Shown: positions 47,818-57,777, counted from the stretch's first letter. The stretch is DNA of 64,000 nucleotides from a virus (IMGVR_UViG_3300029305_011610:13395-77394), one strand, 5' to 3'. Program-made: numbers and translations. The notes: a model not told the origin generated them from the letters alone.

Positions 47818-48192
47818 TCACACCACCAACAAAGACTCTATCGGAGATTCACTTTCTTCTAATTCACAACCAGTGTCATAGATTTCCAAGAAATTGATCA
47901 CGTTGTAGCCATCATCTCTATACCACTGGACATCAGCAAAATACAAGCCAACATCTTCACTCATTTGTTCAAGCGTCATCGCATTGTTTTCTTCTTCAGT
48001 GAAGCTGTCAAACTGCTCCGTCTCCCAAGCCGCTTTGTTAATGAGTCCACCATAATTCTCGTCACAAAACTTAACTACGGCTTCATAAAATGCTCCAGCC
48101 TCTTCAGGGCTATTCATTGCTACAGCAGTATGAAAGATGTCTGCGATTGAATAAAGGTCAACTTTTTCCCATGAAATACCACTTTCATTCAA
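47818..48192 (-). CDS. Small paralog family A member
   Basis: FHTAVAMNSPEEAGAFYEAV...QWYRDDGYNVINFLEI...ESESPIESLLVV. Confidence 0.5.
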   Translation of the reverse strand: MNESGISWEKVDLYSIADIFHTAVAMNSPEEAGAFYEAVVKFCDENYGGLINKAAWETEQFDSFTEEENNAMTLEQMSEDVGLYFADVQWYRDDGYNVINFLEIYDTGCELEESESPIESLLVV

Positions 48193-48194
48193 AC

Positions 48195-48557
48195 TTAAAC
48201 ACCTCCAACAAGCATGGTGAGATCGAAATCACTTTCGCAAAGATCATCTCTCATCATAGGCAATTCGGGAAAATCTAAAATATTGAATCCGTCATTCTCG
48301 TAGTAGCTTAAATCGTCGCTAAAAAACCACACATCTTCACCATCCGCTTCGAGAGAAACACATTCTCCGTTAGAGATGATTGTTTTAAACCTCGCTTCGC
48401 CATAAGAACTTCCATTAACCAGATAGTATTGGGACTTAGCGTCTTCAAATACCTGCCTGACTTCTTCCACGGAATTAACTTTTATCGCCGTATGGAAAAC
48501 ATCCGGAATAGCGTCGAAGTCAATAACTGGCCTCTGTACACCGCGTGCATTTTCCAC
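48195..48557 (-). CDS. Small paralog family A member
   Basis: FHTAIKVNSVEEVRQVFEDA...YYENDGFNILDFPEL...ESDFDLTMLVGG. Confidence 0.5.
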   Translation of the reverse strand: MENARGVQRPVIDFDAIPDVFHTAIKVNSVEEVRQVFEDAKSQYYLVNGSSYGEARFKTIISNGECVSLEADGEDVWFFSDDLSYYENDGFNILDFPELPMMRDDLCESDFDLTMLVGGV

Positions 48558-48563
48558 ATCATA

Positions 48564-48872
48564 TCACCTCAACAATAAATCCAGATTAAATTCGCCCACG
48601 TCGAAATCATCCTCATAGACGATTTCCTTCACGGCAGCAGCACGCCAAAACCAAAGCTCGTCATCTTCTGCGATATAAAACGTACCAATACCATTTCTCT
48701 TAATTGCATGGATTTGCTTTACCGTACAAACCTTACCAAGATAATTCTTACGCATATCTTCATTGATCCAATGCGTAGGGCCGCTAATTTGATCTATGCT
48801 GTCGTGAAACAGCACTTTCATGCCAACTCGCAGGTCGGAGAATCTCACTTCTTGTGTTTTTTTATTAGGCAC
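48564..48872 (-). CDS. Small paralog family B member (intact copy)
   Basis: MPNKKTQEVRFSDLRVGMKVLFHDSIDQ...KEIVYEDDFDVGEFNLDLLLR. Confidence 0.5.
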   Translation of the reverse strand: MPNKKTQEVRFSDLRVGMKVLFHDSIDQISGPTHWINEDMRKNYLGKVCTVKQIHAIKRNGIGTFYIAEDDELWFWRAAAVKEIVYEDDFDVGEFNLDLLLR

Positions 48873-48876
48873 AATA

Positions 48877-49185
48877 TCACCTCAACAACATTTCCAAGTC
48901 ATACTCGCCTTCATCAAAGTCATCGTCATAGACGATTTCCTTTATAACGGATGGTTTCCAAACCCAACCTAAGTTTCCTGTACGTTGGTCTTGCACATCC
49001 TCGTCTATAAAGAATCGTCCACGAAACTTGTCGACTTTTCTTATAGTGTTAACTTTACCAAGATAGGATGGCATGTGAGATGTGTTACCCCATCTCCTTC
49101 AGTCTGGTACATCATTTACTGAGTCATGAAACAATACTTTCATACCGACTTCGAGACTCTCAATTGTTACGCTATTAGTACTCAA
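48877..49185 (-). pseudogene. Family B paralog interrupted by an in-frame TGA (at 49099–49101)
   Basis: TTG-start N-fragment (M)STNSVTIESLEVGMKVLFHDSVNDVPD* continues in the same frame. After 8 codons it reaches MPSYLGKVNTIRK...KEIVYDDDFDEGEYDLEMLLR. Collinear with 48564..48872 with no indel. Confidence 0.55.
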
Positions 49186-49320
49186 TGTTGTTTCACCTCA
49201 ACTTACTATAAAGATTTACGGTCATAACGGTTGGCCGATCGACACCACTCCAAAACTATTTCATATCACGCCTATTTCACTATTGGATGCCAACACTGCA
49301 TTATGGGGCGATTGTTACAA

Positions 49321-49392
49321 CCGTAAATTGGTGGAGAGTTCTGGAATCGAACCAGAAAACTTAATCAAATTAAGCTACCCTGTACTCGCCAT
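49321..49392 (-). other. tRNA-like fragment (T-arm plus acceptor plus CCA, no complete cloverleaf)
   Basis: Minus strand ...GGCGAGTACAGGGTAGCTTAATTTGATTAAGTTT-TCTGG-TTCGATT-CCAGA-ACTCTCC-A-CCA. The acceptor pairs 6/7 with GGCGAGT. Only about 27 nt separate the acceptor and the T-arm. Confidence 0.4.
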
Positions 49393-49551
49393 GATAATTG
49401 GATTCGTGGTGGCGTTAGCGGTACACCTTTATAACCGGATAGGCGTTGCCTCTATTCTGAGATTCTTAATCACTCTTCGCACTATTGCTTATGTCGCCAT
49501 CGGTCACCACTCAATTAAGACGCTCAAGGTCTAAGCGGATCTCCAATTATT

Positions 49552-49833
49552 TCAAAACTTATTTTTGAAACCCTTAGCAGCTGTAAAGGTCGGAACCCTT
49601 CTTGCCGGGATTTCGATTGCTTCCCCTGTGTGGGGATTGCGGCCGATGCGAGGGGCTCTGTCTGAAACCCTGAAGGTGCCAAACCCAGCGAACCAAACCT
49701 CTTCACCGTCCTGTAGGCATTCAGTGATAACTGCAGCAACAGCATCAATAACTTCCTCGGTCGTTTTCTTCTGGATATCCAGCTCTGACGCGACTCTGGA
49801 AACTACATCTTTCTTGCATACCACATATATCAC
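49552..49833 (-). CDS. hup: HU/IHF-family DNA-binding protein
   Basis: GFGTFRVSDRAPRIGRNPHTGEAIEIPARRVPTFTAAKGFK is the HU arm signature. Confidence 0.8.
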   Translation of the reverse strand: MIYVVCKKDVVSRVASELDIQKKTTEEVIDAVAAVITECLQDGEEVWFAGFGTFRVSDRAPRIGRNPHTGEAIEIPARRVPTFTAAKGFKNKF

Positions 49834-49839
49834 ACCTTA

Positions 49840-50004
49840 CTTGAAGAAGCCGCCAATCATCAGCACGATAAACTGTATCGCAGTAGAACCAAGGACAACC
49901 CAGAAATTCCACTCGCCTCTTACCTGCTTGCCGTGTCGATTAGACGCGACCAAAAGCCCGATCATAAACCATACAAGGATTACGATCTGTGCAAAACCCA
50001 TACT
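49840..50004 (-). CDS. Small membrane protein (54 aa, below the track cut-off)
   Basis: RBS GAGGAGGG plus ATG. MGFAQIVILVWFMIGLLVASNRHGKQVRGEWNFWVVLGSTAIQFIVLMIGGFFK. Confidence 0.4.
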
Positions 50005-50193
50005 ATGAACCCTCCTCGATTCTTAATTAAAGAAAGGGTACGAAACCAAATCGCACACCTTAGAGTGCTTCAGCTTATTTACGAACTTTCGACAGAGGAA
50101 CTCATTGTCAAAAGTCTTCGTAACCCGTGTCTTAGATTCCTTGACGATGTAAACCACCGTGTACTCGCCGTATGCCATAGCAGCTCCTTTCTG

Positions 50194-50469
50194 TTACCAC
50201 ATGATAACTATTTCTTCTGGATAGTTTGTAAAATCAAAACCAAACCCGGATTTCATAAGCTGCTCCCTCAGAGAATTATAAAACCCTCGAATGCGAGCGT
50301 CATAATAACTCACATCGAGGGTTGCACGAAACTCTCCAGCGGAAGATGCCATTTTAATACGAGGGTCTAAGAAATCATTTACAAACCAAAGAAACCCGTT
50401 TTTAAACCGATCAATGTCGCACTCACGGAACCTGCGAGCATTGATCAATGCCTGATCCGCAGAAATCAT
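50194..50469 (-). CDS. Hypothetical protein
   Basis: 91-aa ORF. Confidence 0.45.
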   Translation of the reverse strand: MISADQALINARRFRECDIDRFKNGFLWFVNDFLDPRIKMASSAGEFRATLDVSYYDARIRGFYNSLREQLMKSGFGFDFTNYPEEIVIMW

Positions 50470-50472
50470 GAA

Positions 50473-50871
50473 TTACTCAATGTTCTGCAGAAAATCCAGC
50501 AGAGAAAACAGGACGGTATATTCGCATCCGTCTGCGGGTTCTTCTTTCTTAGCCTTACGCTCTTCGACGAGCTTTGCACGATGGTCGTAAACCATCTGCA
50601 TAAAATCGCAATCAGATACCGTCTCGATATCGATTACTTCGCCGGTTTCAGGATTAATCATGTAATCGATATTAACGAAAACCGCAGGGTCTGCACTCGA
50701 AGGTGCGCCAACGATAAGCTTCGCCATGATCTTAAAATCCTTTTCGGAAACCACTCCAGTATTATTACGGACATTCCAAATCAGATCGGGATTGACGATG
50801 GCATTTTCCTCATAAACTCTCAGATCGGGGCTGTTCTTGTCGATGATAACAAACTTTACAAACTGACTCAT
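50473..50871 (-). CDS. Hypothetical protein (start probably at MSQFVKF with RBS GGAGGT)
   Basis: ORF 50473..50892. The internal ATG at about 50871 has the better RBS. Confidence 0.5.
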   Translation of the reverse strand: MSQFVKFVIIDKNSPDLRVYEENAIVNPDLIWNVRNNTGVVSEKDFKIMAKLIVGAPSSADPAVFVNIDYMINPETGEVIDIETVSDCDFMQMVYDHRAKLVEERKAKKEEPADGCEYTVLFSLLDFLQNIE

Positions 50872-51151
50872 TAAATACCTCCGTAAGATCAAATATTGAG
50901 CAGAGCGATTTCAAGACGCTTACAAAACCCTCGAATATGTAATGGAAATAATCCTTTTTATTGGTTGAGCTGACTCAAAACCGCTCCGCTCTTGCGTATC
51001 GGATATAAAACCCTCACTCTGCGTTACCACGGGCTTGTGACCGTTCTGATTTATCGGTGATAAACCAAAGCCGCATTAAGGGAGGGCGAGAGAAAAAACC
51101 ACGAAAACTCTCGCCCTATATCAGAAAGGAGGTAATAATGTAGAAATCCTA

Positions 51152-51349
51152 TTAAATCAGAGCGTGAGCAACATGGCCGCTACCCCACTCTACGCGAATT
51201 CGCTGAGAAACCGAATTGCCGATAATCCGAATACCATCGGAACATCTTGCTATGTACTTGCCGTCCTCGATAGAGAATCGAGCTGAAATACCGCCGCCAG
51301 CCTTGGCGATAATCGCATTGACGCGCTTCTGAAAAACCTCGTATGCCAT
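51152..51349 (-). CDS. Hypothetical small protein
   Basis: 65-aa ORF. Confidence 0.4.
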   Translation of the reverse strand: MAYEVFQKRVNAIIAKAGGGISARFSIEDGKYIARCSDGIRIIGNSVSQRIRVEWGSGHVAHALI

Positions 51350-51952
51350 AGATTACACCTCAAAGAAATCCCATGTCGGGTCGATTGCCATTCTTGCAAT
51401 ACCGTAGATCATATATCCGCCACACATTGTGGCCATAACGAAGAAAGCCAACATGACATCACCTCAAAATCAATCTACTTCGCTGATTTCATAAGGCTCG
51501 TGCCCAAGCTCAAGCATATATAAAATCGCAGCTGTTGAAGACTCTGCCTCGATCAGCTTATGGTTTGGATAACCATCCCTGCTGTCGATAAACCGAACAC
51601 TATAAGTTTTTCTCATTTGACCACCTCAAGATCAAAAATCGCTCCACTCTGCGTTATACGGGCTTGTGACCGTCCTGAGTAGAAAACCACTCAAGGCCGC
51701 ATTAGAGCCGACTGGAAAACCACAGATAAACCGTGTTTAATTCACCGCATACGGCCAGCCACCCATAGGCGTCCAGTCTGCTCGCTCGGACTCATTACAA
51801 AATCCACCATATACGGATATAGTCAGTTCATAGACTCACTGACAGTCCCTCAAGAACCAAGGTTGCCGGGTTTACGGATTAGGCTGCTTGATACATTCTC
51901 CCATCTGCGTTTTAGAGGCTTTGGACTCTTTGGTTAATAAACCAAGCCGCAT

Positions 51953-51975
51953 TAGAGCGGGGCTGGAAAACCAGC
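51953..51975 (-). terminator. Hairpin terminator downstream of 51997..52743
   Basis: GGGGCTGG-AAAA-CCAGCCCC, immediately 3' of the stop. The minus-strand trailer is T-rich. Confidence 0.55.
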
Positions 51976-51996
51976 CCCGGTGATACTCAAAAACCA

Positions 51997-52743
51997 TTAC
52001 TTCTTGATGGTCTTGTAGCCGTCGACGGTGTAACCCTTATTGGTCACGATTTTGTGGCAAATCTCAGCCAGATAACCAACCAGACGCTTATCGTTTGCGA
52101 CGGTCACAGTCAGAGCCTTGCGGGACTTACGGGAATACACGGACATCAGGAAATTGACATCGTGAGAAACCGCCTTATAGCCGTCCCCGAGCATAGCGGT
52201 GATGATAGACTGCAGAGTCTTGAGCAGATTGGTCTTGCTCGTGGGGGTCTTACCGAGATCAATCTGTCTTGCGATATCAGAAATCGCATAACTGTCGTTG
52301 ATACTCTTGGGGTTAATACCCAGATCGACCGCTTTCTGCACGGTCAAAAGCAGATTCAGCTTGCGGGCCATATTGAGCCAATTCTTATCGGCTCCGATAC
52401 CGCCGCAATGGTCGTGGAGCTTGATAAGGTCAATCTGAACCAGTCTGTCCTCGATACTGCGAACGGGGACGGGATTGTCGTCGGTAACGGGGGAATCCTT
52501 AACACAGATGGTGGTAAAGCTCAGCATTTCGATAGCCTTGAGCATGGGATTGGGAGCCGCCTTACACTCGTCAAAACACATCTTGCGAGTGATAGAGGTA
52601 TACTCATTGATTTTCTCGGACATAACCTTGTCAGCAGCAGTAGCGGCTTCCATGTTCTTCTCCTGAATCGCCTCATTATAGGCGATAACCTGTACCTCAA
52701 TTTCAGCCTTGAGGTCAGTCAGCTTCTTCAGATTTTCGTTCAT
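51997..52743 (-). CDS. Hypothetical protein (higher-GC codon usage)
   Basis: 248-aa ORF. C-ending codons are preferred, unlike the left 49 kb. Confidence 0.55.
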   Translation of the reverse strand: MNENLKKLTDLKAEIEVQVIAYNEAIQEKNMEAATAADKVMSEKINEYTSITRKMCFDECKAAPNPMLKAIEMLSFTTICVKDSPVTDDNPVPVRSIEDRLVQIDLIKLHDHCGGIGADKNWLNMARKLNLLLTVQKAVDLGINPKSINDSYAISDIARQIDLGKTPTSKTNLLKTLQSIITAMLGDGYKAVSHDVNFLMSVYSRKSRKALTVTVANDKRLVGYLAEICHKIVTNKGYTVDGYKTIKK

Positions 52744-53241
52744 AATAATAGTCTCCTTTCGGTTTGTCGGTGGTTTACACTCAAGCGAATAGCCGAGCGG
52801 TAAAACTCGGCTATCCTATCAATGCAAACACTCCGTCTCATAACCGAAGTGTTGATATTTATTTAGGTTCGCACTACTCACGAACTTGACGGAGTTTTGT
52901 CCTATGGCGGGCCGTCCCGCCGAATAGCTCAATACCAGTTCCTCGGAACTTGACACCCTTGGGTGGGTATTTTGCATAGGGGCGGACAATACTCCGATCC
53001 ATTCGCTTTTATGTATAGCCATCAGTTACTCAAGCCGAGCTTAGGTTCATAGGCTCAAACCTGATGCCATTTTCACTATCTGGCAAACGACGCCTTGCTC
53101 ATAATTCGTCGTGCAAGGTTGACTCAGAGTGAATTGATCGCATTTAGGCTCACTCAAGGGATATAACTCCCAACCCGCCTATGCCATCGCATAGACTACG
53201 GCTGTTAACGACTGCCTCTTTGTCGGCTCTTTCGAGCTACT

Positions 53242-53476
53242 CTGTCGGCGGCGGTGTGCCGTCACTGACTACCGCAGACAGTCAACCACCGCCCCCTGTG
53301 GGCTTGTGGTGCGTCGTGCGGCTGTCGGCGGCGGTGTGCCGTCACTGACTACCGCAGACAGTCAACCACCGCCCCCTGTGGGCTTGTGGTGCGTCGTGCG
53401 GCTGTCGGCGGCGGTGTGCCGTCACTGACTACCGCAGACAGTCAACCACCGCCCCCTGTGGGCTTGTGGTGCGTCC
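53242..53476. repeat. Three tandem direct repeats of 80 bp
   Basis: Unit CTGTCGGCGGCGGTGTGCCGTCACTGACTACCGCAGACAGTCAACCACCGCCCCCTGTGGGCTTGTGGTGCGTCGTGCGG begins at 53242, 53322 and 53402. Each unit contains the small palindromes GTCACTGAC and GACAGTC. Confidence 0.9.
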
Positions 53477-53492
53477 GCTGCGAAAAAAGGGC

Positions 53493-53530
53493 AAAAAAAA
53501 GACACCCCCATTTTTTGGGGGTGTCTTTTT
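53493..53530. terminator. Strong bidirectional intrinsic terminator
   Basis: AAAAAAAA-GACACCCCC-ATTTTTT-GGGGGTGTC-TTTTT. Lies immediately 3' of the minus-strand regulator gene. Confidence 0.8.
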
Positions 53531-53539
53531 GTCCAATAG

Positions 53540-54556
53540 TCAGCGAGTTAATGCAATGTGTCCGCCGTCATTTGTAGCAATGCCGCTTTTCAGTGCTTTT
53601 GATTGAATGGCGGTTAAGTGTTTCACAACGCCTTGATGACTGATTCCAAGATAACTTGCGATTGCCCTAATTCCATAGCCACGCATACGAAGCTCTACAA
53701 TGTGAGACTGTCTATCAGTCAATTCCATTGCGCTAATCATGCTGTCAAGCTCCCACATAGAATCAGTGTCGCCGCTTGTGTAGTTGCCGTGATTATCATA
53801 GCCGCCTAAATCTGCAAAGCGCTTCATGCGGCGGTACACAGTTTCAAGTGCGTCGCTTTCGGTGTCTGCGGTCAATTCTTCAAGATACAAGTATCCGTTG
53901 CGTGGGTCAGTTCTGACTGCGCGTGAGCTGTCGATATACTTTCGAGTTGCGGCGTATACCATAACGATTGGCGTCGTTTCATCGTCCACCCATGCGGCGG
54001 TATCGGTGTCTTTAATAAGTACACGGCGGTTAATGCGACGGTTGACGATAGGTGCGGTCAAATAGCCTACACCGTTGCAAGCGTATTTTTCGGACATTTC
54101 CAACAGTGCGCATATAACTTCGTGCTTAATTTCCAAGCCGTCACCAAGCCCACGCACAATCAGAGAATTAAAACGGCTTTCCGCTTCGTCATCGAGTACA
54201 ACGGAAACAAATTCACCGTCATTATTGAATTGATGACCAAAGGCGGCATTGCCGCTGTCGGTCAGATTGCGAAGCATTGCACTATCGGCGTACAGTTCAC
54301 GGCGCAATTCTGCAATATGGGGATTGCAACCGCCTTTTGTAACAGTTACACGCTTTTCAGCGGCTTTTCCCTGTGGGTCATAAACCTTTTTCAAAACGGA
54401 GCTTGCGACAGCCTGTGCGAGTGTATCCAATTCAGCACCACAACCGTTTGCGCCGTGGGTGATGTATGCAGTTTCAAAAGCTGTCAGCAGTTCATTAAAT
54501 GCGGAGTATTCGTTGACTTCCTGTGTGTTTTCGGTTAAAATGTTAATGTTGTTCAT
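53540..54556 (-). CDS. Regulator with C-terminal sigma-70 region-4/LuxR-type HTH (ORF extends to 54673; start probably MNNINIL)
   Basis: C-terminus LTDRQSHIVELRMRGYGIRAIASYLGISHQGVVKHLTAIQSK. Compositionally GC-rich. Confidence 0.6.
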   Translation of the reverse strand: MNNINILTENTQEVNEYSAFNELLTAFETAYITHGANGCGAELDTLAQAVASSVLKKVYDPQGKAAEKRVTVTKGGCNPHIAELRRELYADSAMLRNLTDSGNAAFGHQFNNDGEFVSVVLDDEAESRFNSLIVRGLGDGLEIKHEVICALLEMSEKYACNGVGYLTAPIVNRRINRRVLIKDTDTAAWVDDETTPIVMVYAATRKYIDSSRAVRTDPRNGYLYLEELTADTESDALETVYRRMKRFADLGGYDNHGNYTSGDTDSMWELDSMISAMELTDRQSHIVELRMRGYGIRAIASYLGISHQGVVKHLTAIQSKALKSGIATNDGGHIALTR

Positions 54557-55484
54557 GGTTTTACCTACTTTCAATTGATGTAAAAAGCATGAAACACACG
54601 CCCGCCGATGGTTGCCGCCGTCGGTGGGCTTTTCATTTTGTCCAAAATGGGAATGCTGTGTATCACTATTCAATTTTCAAGGTGCATTGCATGGGGTGGG
54701 GTGTGCGCTTGCTACGGTCTACCCTTGCGCCGTTCGGCTGCGAGTGGGGCAGTGTGTCGGTGCAGTGACACGGCTTGTTATGTGGTGTCGTGTGTGCGGT
54801 GACTGCGTAGCCCGTGGGGTGTCACCCTGTGGGGGTGTGCCTGTGGGGCGTGGGGTAGGATTGAATTATTATGTTGTAGCATGACCATATTATCACAGAC
54901 AGTCAACCTATGTCAATACAGTCTGCAAAATTTGTTTCCCGCCATACCCCCGGTGTCGTTAACCTGGTACGCACCCTTGCAAGCTGCGGAAAGCACAGCC
55001 GGTTGAAAGTCACAATTTACCACTATGTGACATTGACACAAAATATGGGGGTGTATTTTGGTTATTTTGACCCCCTATTCAGCGGTACGAATTGGATAGT
55101 CGCTCCATCTCCCACACCCATCCACACATCTCGCCTCTCGCTTTTACAAACTTTTTGAAATAGTTTTCTTGGCATTTCTGTTCATTTTTTATGCACTTAA
55201 ATAACAATTCAACTCCTTTTTCTTGTTTATAAATTCATTAAATTATCCAATGTCACAATTTGATCAATCCTGCATCAACCCTCGTCATCTTGTACAAAAA
55301 CTTTCTAATTAATTTGTGCAATTTATTTTCATTAATCTAACTTGTATTTTATAGACAACTTCCGGCCATGTGATATACTATAATTACAAAACAGTTATAT
55401 GACCAAAGTCGGTCAGTGAATTTGGAGTTATCTCCTTTTTTAAAACAGTTTTCAATCCAGTTATATTACGAATAGGAGGATACA

Positions 55485-56297
55485 ATGGCAACTATCATCA
55501 AGCTGGAAGACTTCAGACAAGACACTATTAATGTAGCAGTATTACAGACAAACAATCGTAAATTAAGAGCTGGTCTTATATCTCCAGCAGTAGAGGAATA
55601 TCATCAAGATATCGCTCCGGAACATACATCCGAACCAATTAAGAGTCTGGATGATATTAATCGTATTTCTCAGTATCTGATCCAGAAGAAGAGGTATAGG
55701 GATAATATGTTGTTCATTGTTGGTATTAACTTTGGATTACGAGTAAGTGACTTACGACTGCTGAGATTTTGTAATTTAATAAATGATAATATGACATTTA
55801 AAGACACATTTCCAGTATTTGAAAAGAAGACTCGTAATACACGTAAACATAAAAAGAATAGATATATCACAGTCAATGACGCAGTAGTTGAATCTGTTGT
55901 CTTATATCTGGAGAATACTCCAAATGTAAAATTAAGTGATTATATGTTTATGTCTGAGTCTAATAGAGGTAAGAACGGAGACCAACCTCTGGACAGATCT
56001 ACGATTGATAGATTACTTAAAGGCATAGCAAAAGAATTAGATTTAACTATGAAGGTATCTACTCATACTTTAAGAAAGACTTTCGCTTATCATCAGATGG
56101 TTATGTCCAATAATGATCCAAGAAAATTATTACTATTACAGAAAATGCTTGGACATTCATCTGCCGCTCAGACGTTGGATTACATCGGTATTACAAATGA
56201 AGAAATTGAAGAAGCTTACCGTAATCTGAATCTTGGTTCTAGATATAATTATTTAGTTAATAGTCAAATGATTGAAAGAGAGGTTGAAGCTGTATGA
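55485..56297 (+). CDS. Tyrosine recombinase/integrase
   Basis: R-box GLRVSDLRLL, HTLRKTFA (H-x-x-R), LGHSSAAQTLDYI (catalytic Tyr). Promoter-like TGATATACTATAAT upstream. Confidence 0.85.
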   Translation: MATIIKLEDFRQDTINVAVLQTNNRKLRAGLISPAVEEYHQDIAPEHTSEPIKSLDDINRISQYLIQKKRYRDNMLFIVGINFGLRVSDLRLLRFCNLINDNMTFKDTFPVFEKKTRNTRKHKKNRYITVNDAVVESVVLYLENTPNVKLSDYMFMSESNRGKNGDQPLDRSTIDRLLKGIAKELDLTMKVSTHTLRKTFAYHQMVMSNNDPRKLLLLQKMLGHSSAAQTLDYIGITNEEIEEAYRNLNLGSRYNYLVNSQMIEREVEAV

Positions 56298-56444
56298 ATG
56301 GATCTAATTATAACAAGTCACCACCAATCTTTCATTCTCTGGAATTCTATATTTAATTAGATAATTACTCACTCCGTTTCACTTCGTTTGGTCATTATCT
56401 AATAGAGTAATTACTGGGATATTTTTAGTAAAAAACGAAATGCC

Positions 56445-56471
56445 TCGAAGCGTTGCAGCGCAACGCCTCAA
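56445..56471. repeat. Conserved palindromic hairpin (copy H2)
   Basis: TCGAAGCGTTGC-AGC-GCAACGCCTCAA. A T7 run lies 15 nt downstream. Confidence 0.55.
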
Positions 56472-56544
56472 CGACTTGGCTACTACTTTTTTTGTTGTTA
56501 AACACGATTTTTCTGCCTTATTAATAGGCGCGAAGGAGGAGATT

Positions 56545-57777
56545 ATTATCATCAAAATATGTGACGCTATCATGGGCACCGGCAAGACTCAAGCATCGAT
56601 AGCGTACATGAATGCAAACCCTGACAAGAAGTTTATTTTCATTACACCATACTTGGACGAGGTTAAGCGTATAAAGAACGACTGCCCTGCTCTGAACTTT
56701 GCAGAACCTAGCCAAAAGGTATCTGAGGGAAATTATACAAAGACTGGGCATACCGCCATCTTAATTGAGGAAGAGCGCAATATCGTTACAACTCACCAGG
56801 CTTTTAAGTATTATACAAATGAAATGCTAGACAAGATTCGAGAGATTGGATATACCTTATTCATCGATGAGAGTCTGGGTGCTCTGGAAAAGTGCGAGGT
56901 TAACGTCGGCGACCTAGAGCTGTTGATTCAGACAGGATACATTAAGGAGGTTGAGGACGGCGAGTATTCGCTAATCAAAGATGATTACGATGGAGAAGCC
57001 TTTTCTGATGTATTCCGAATCCTTAAGTCAAGAAATCTTAGACGTCTTAGCCGTTTAGGTGATGTCGAGCTGTTCTATTGGTCTCTGCCAGCTGATATGA
57101 TTGCTGCTTTTAAGGATGTATTTCTGCTTACGTATCAGTTCGAAGGGCAGACCATGAAGGCAATGCTAGATATGAATGGAATGCCATATGAATTCATCGG
57201 AGTAGAAAGAGTCGATGGTGGCGGGTTTCAATTCTGTGACGGCCCAGGATATGTTCCTGAGTACGTAAAGAATCTTCCAGATATGATACATATAGTGGAT
57301 AATAAGAGAATGAATGAGGTTGGAGAAAAATATCATGCCCTCTCTCTTTCTTGGTTTGAAAAGAATGCTTCCGAAGTCCGCCAGCTTAAAAATAACTTAT
57401 ATAACTATTTCACTAATGTTGGAAGGTCGGAACCGGCCAGCGAGAGGATGTGGAGCACTTTTAAACGCGCTCACTCAAAGCTTAAGGGCAAAGGGTATAC
57501 AAAGCAGTTCACAGAGTGCAACCTCAGAGCAACAAATGCATACCGAAATAAGACCAGGCTGGCGTACTGCGTAAACCTATTCATGAATGTTGGAGAGAGA
57601 ATGTATTACCGCAATCACGGAGTTGAGATAGATGAAGACTTGTACGCCCTATCCAATATGATTCAGTGGATATGGCGTAGCGCAATACGTGATGGCAAGC
57701 CGATAACCGTATACATACCAAGTAGAAGAATGCGGACTCTGCTGATTAACTGGATCAATGAAGTAAGTGGGAATTAA
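56545..57777 (+). CDS. P-loop NTPase (Walker A GTGKTQ, Walker B LFIDES), function unknown; start uncertain
   Basis: Track ORF starts at 56440 but runs through the palindromic hairpin. The strong RBS AAGGAGGAG at 56533–56541 is followed by in-frame ATT/ATC codons at 56545–56553. The first in-frame ATG (56572) has no RBS. Confidence 0.6.
   Translation: MIIKICDAIMGTGKTQASIAYMNANPDKKFIFITPYLDEVKRIKNDCPALNFAEPSQKVSEGNYTKTGHTAILIEEERNIVTTHQAFKYYTNEMLDKIREIGYTLFIDESLGALEKCEVNVGDLELLIQTGYIKEVEDGEYSLIKDDYDGEAFSDVFRILKSRNLRRLSRLGDVELFYWSLPADMIAAFKDVFLLTYQFEGQTMKAMLDMNGMPYEFIGVERVDGGGFQFCDGPGYVPEYVKNLPDMIHIVDNKRMNEVGEKYHALSLSWFEKNASEVRQLKNNLYNYFTNVGRSEPASERMWSTFKRAHSKLKGKGYTKQFTECNLRATNAYRNKTRLAYCVNLFMNVGERMYYRNHGVEIDEDLYALSNMIQWIWRSAIRDGKPITVYIPSRRMRTLLINWINEVSGN

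Noticed and set aside
48877-49185. Stop-codon recoding (TGA read as sense) with a phage suppressor tRNA
   Set aside because: Only one in-frame TGA was seen. Many genes terminate with TGA/TAA normally and long ORFs are intact under the standard code. None of the 13 tRNAs has a UCA/CUA/UUA anticodon. A pseudogene is more likely.
53386-53577. 63-aa ORF across the 80-bp tandem repeats and terminator
   Set aside because: It is encoded by repeat DNA and the terminator hairpin. There is no RBS.
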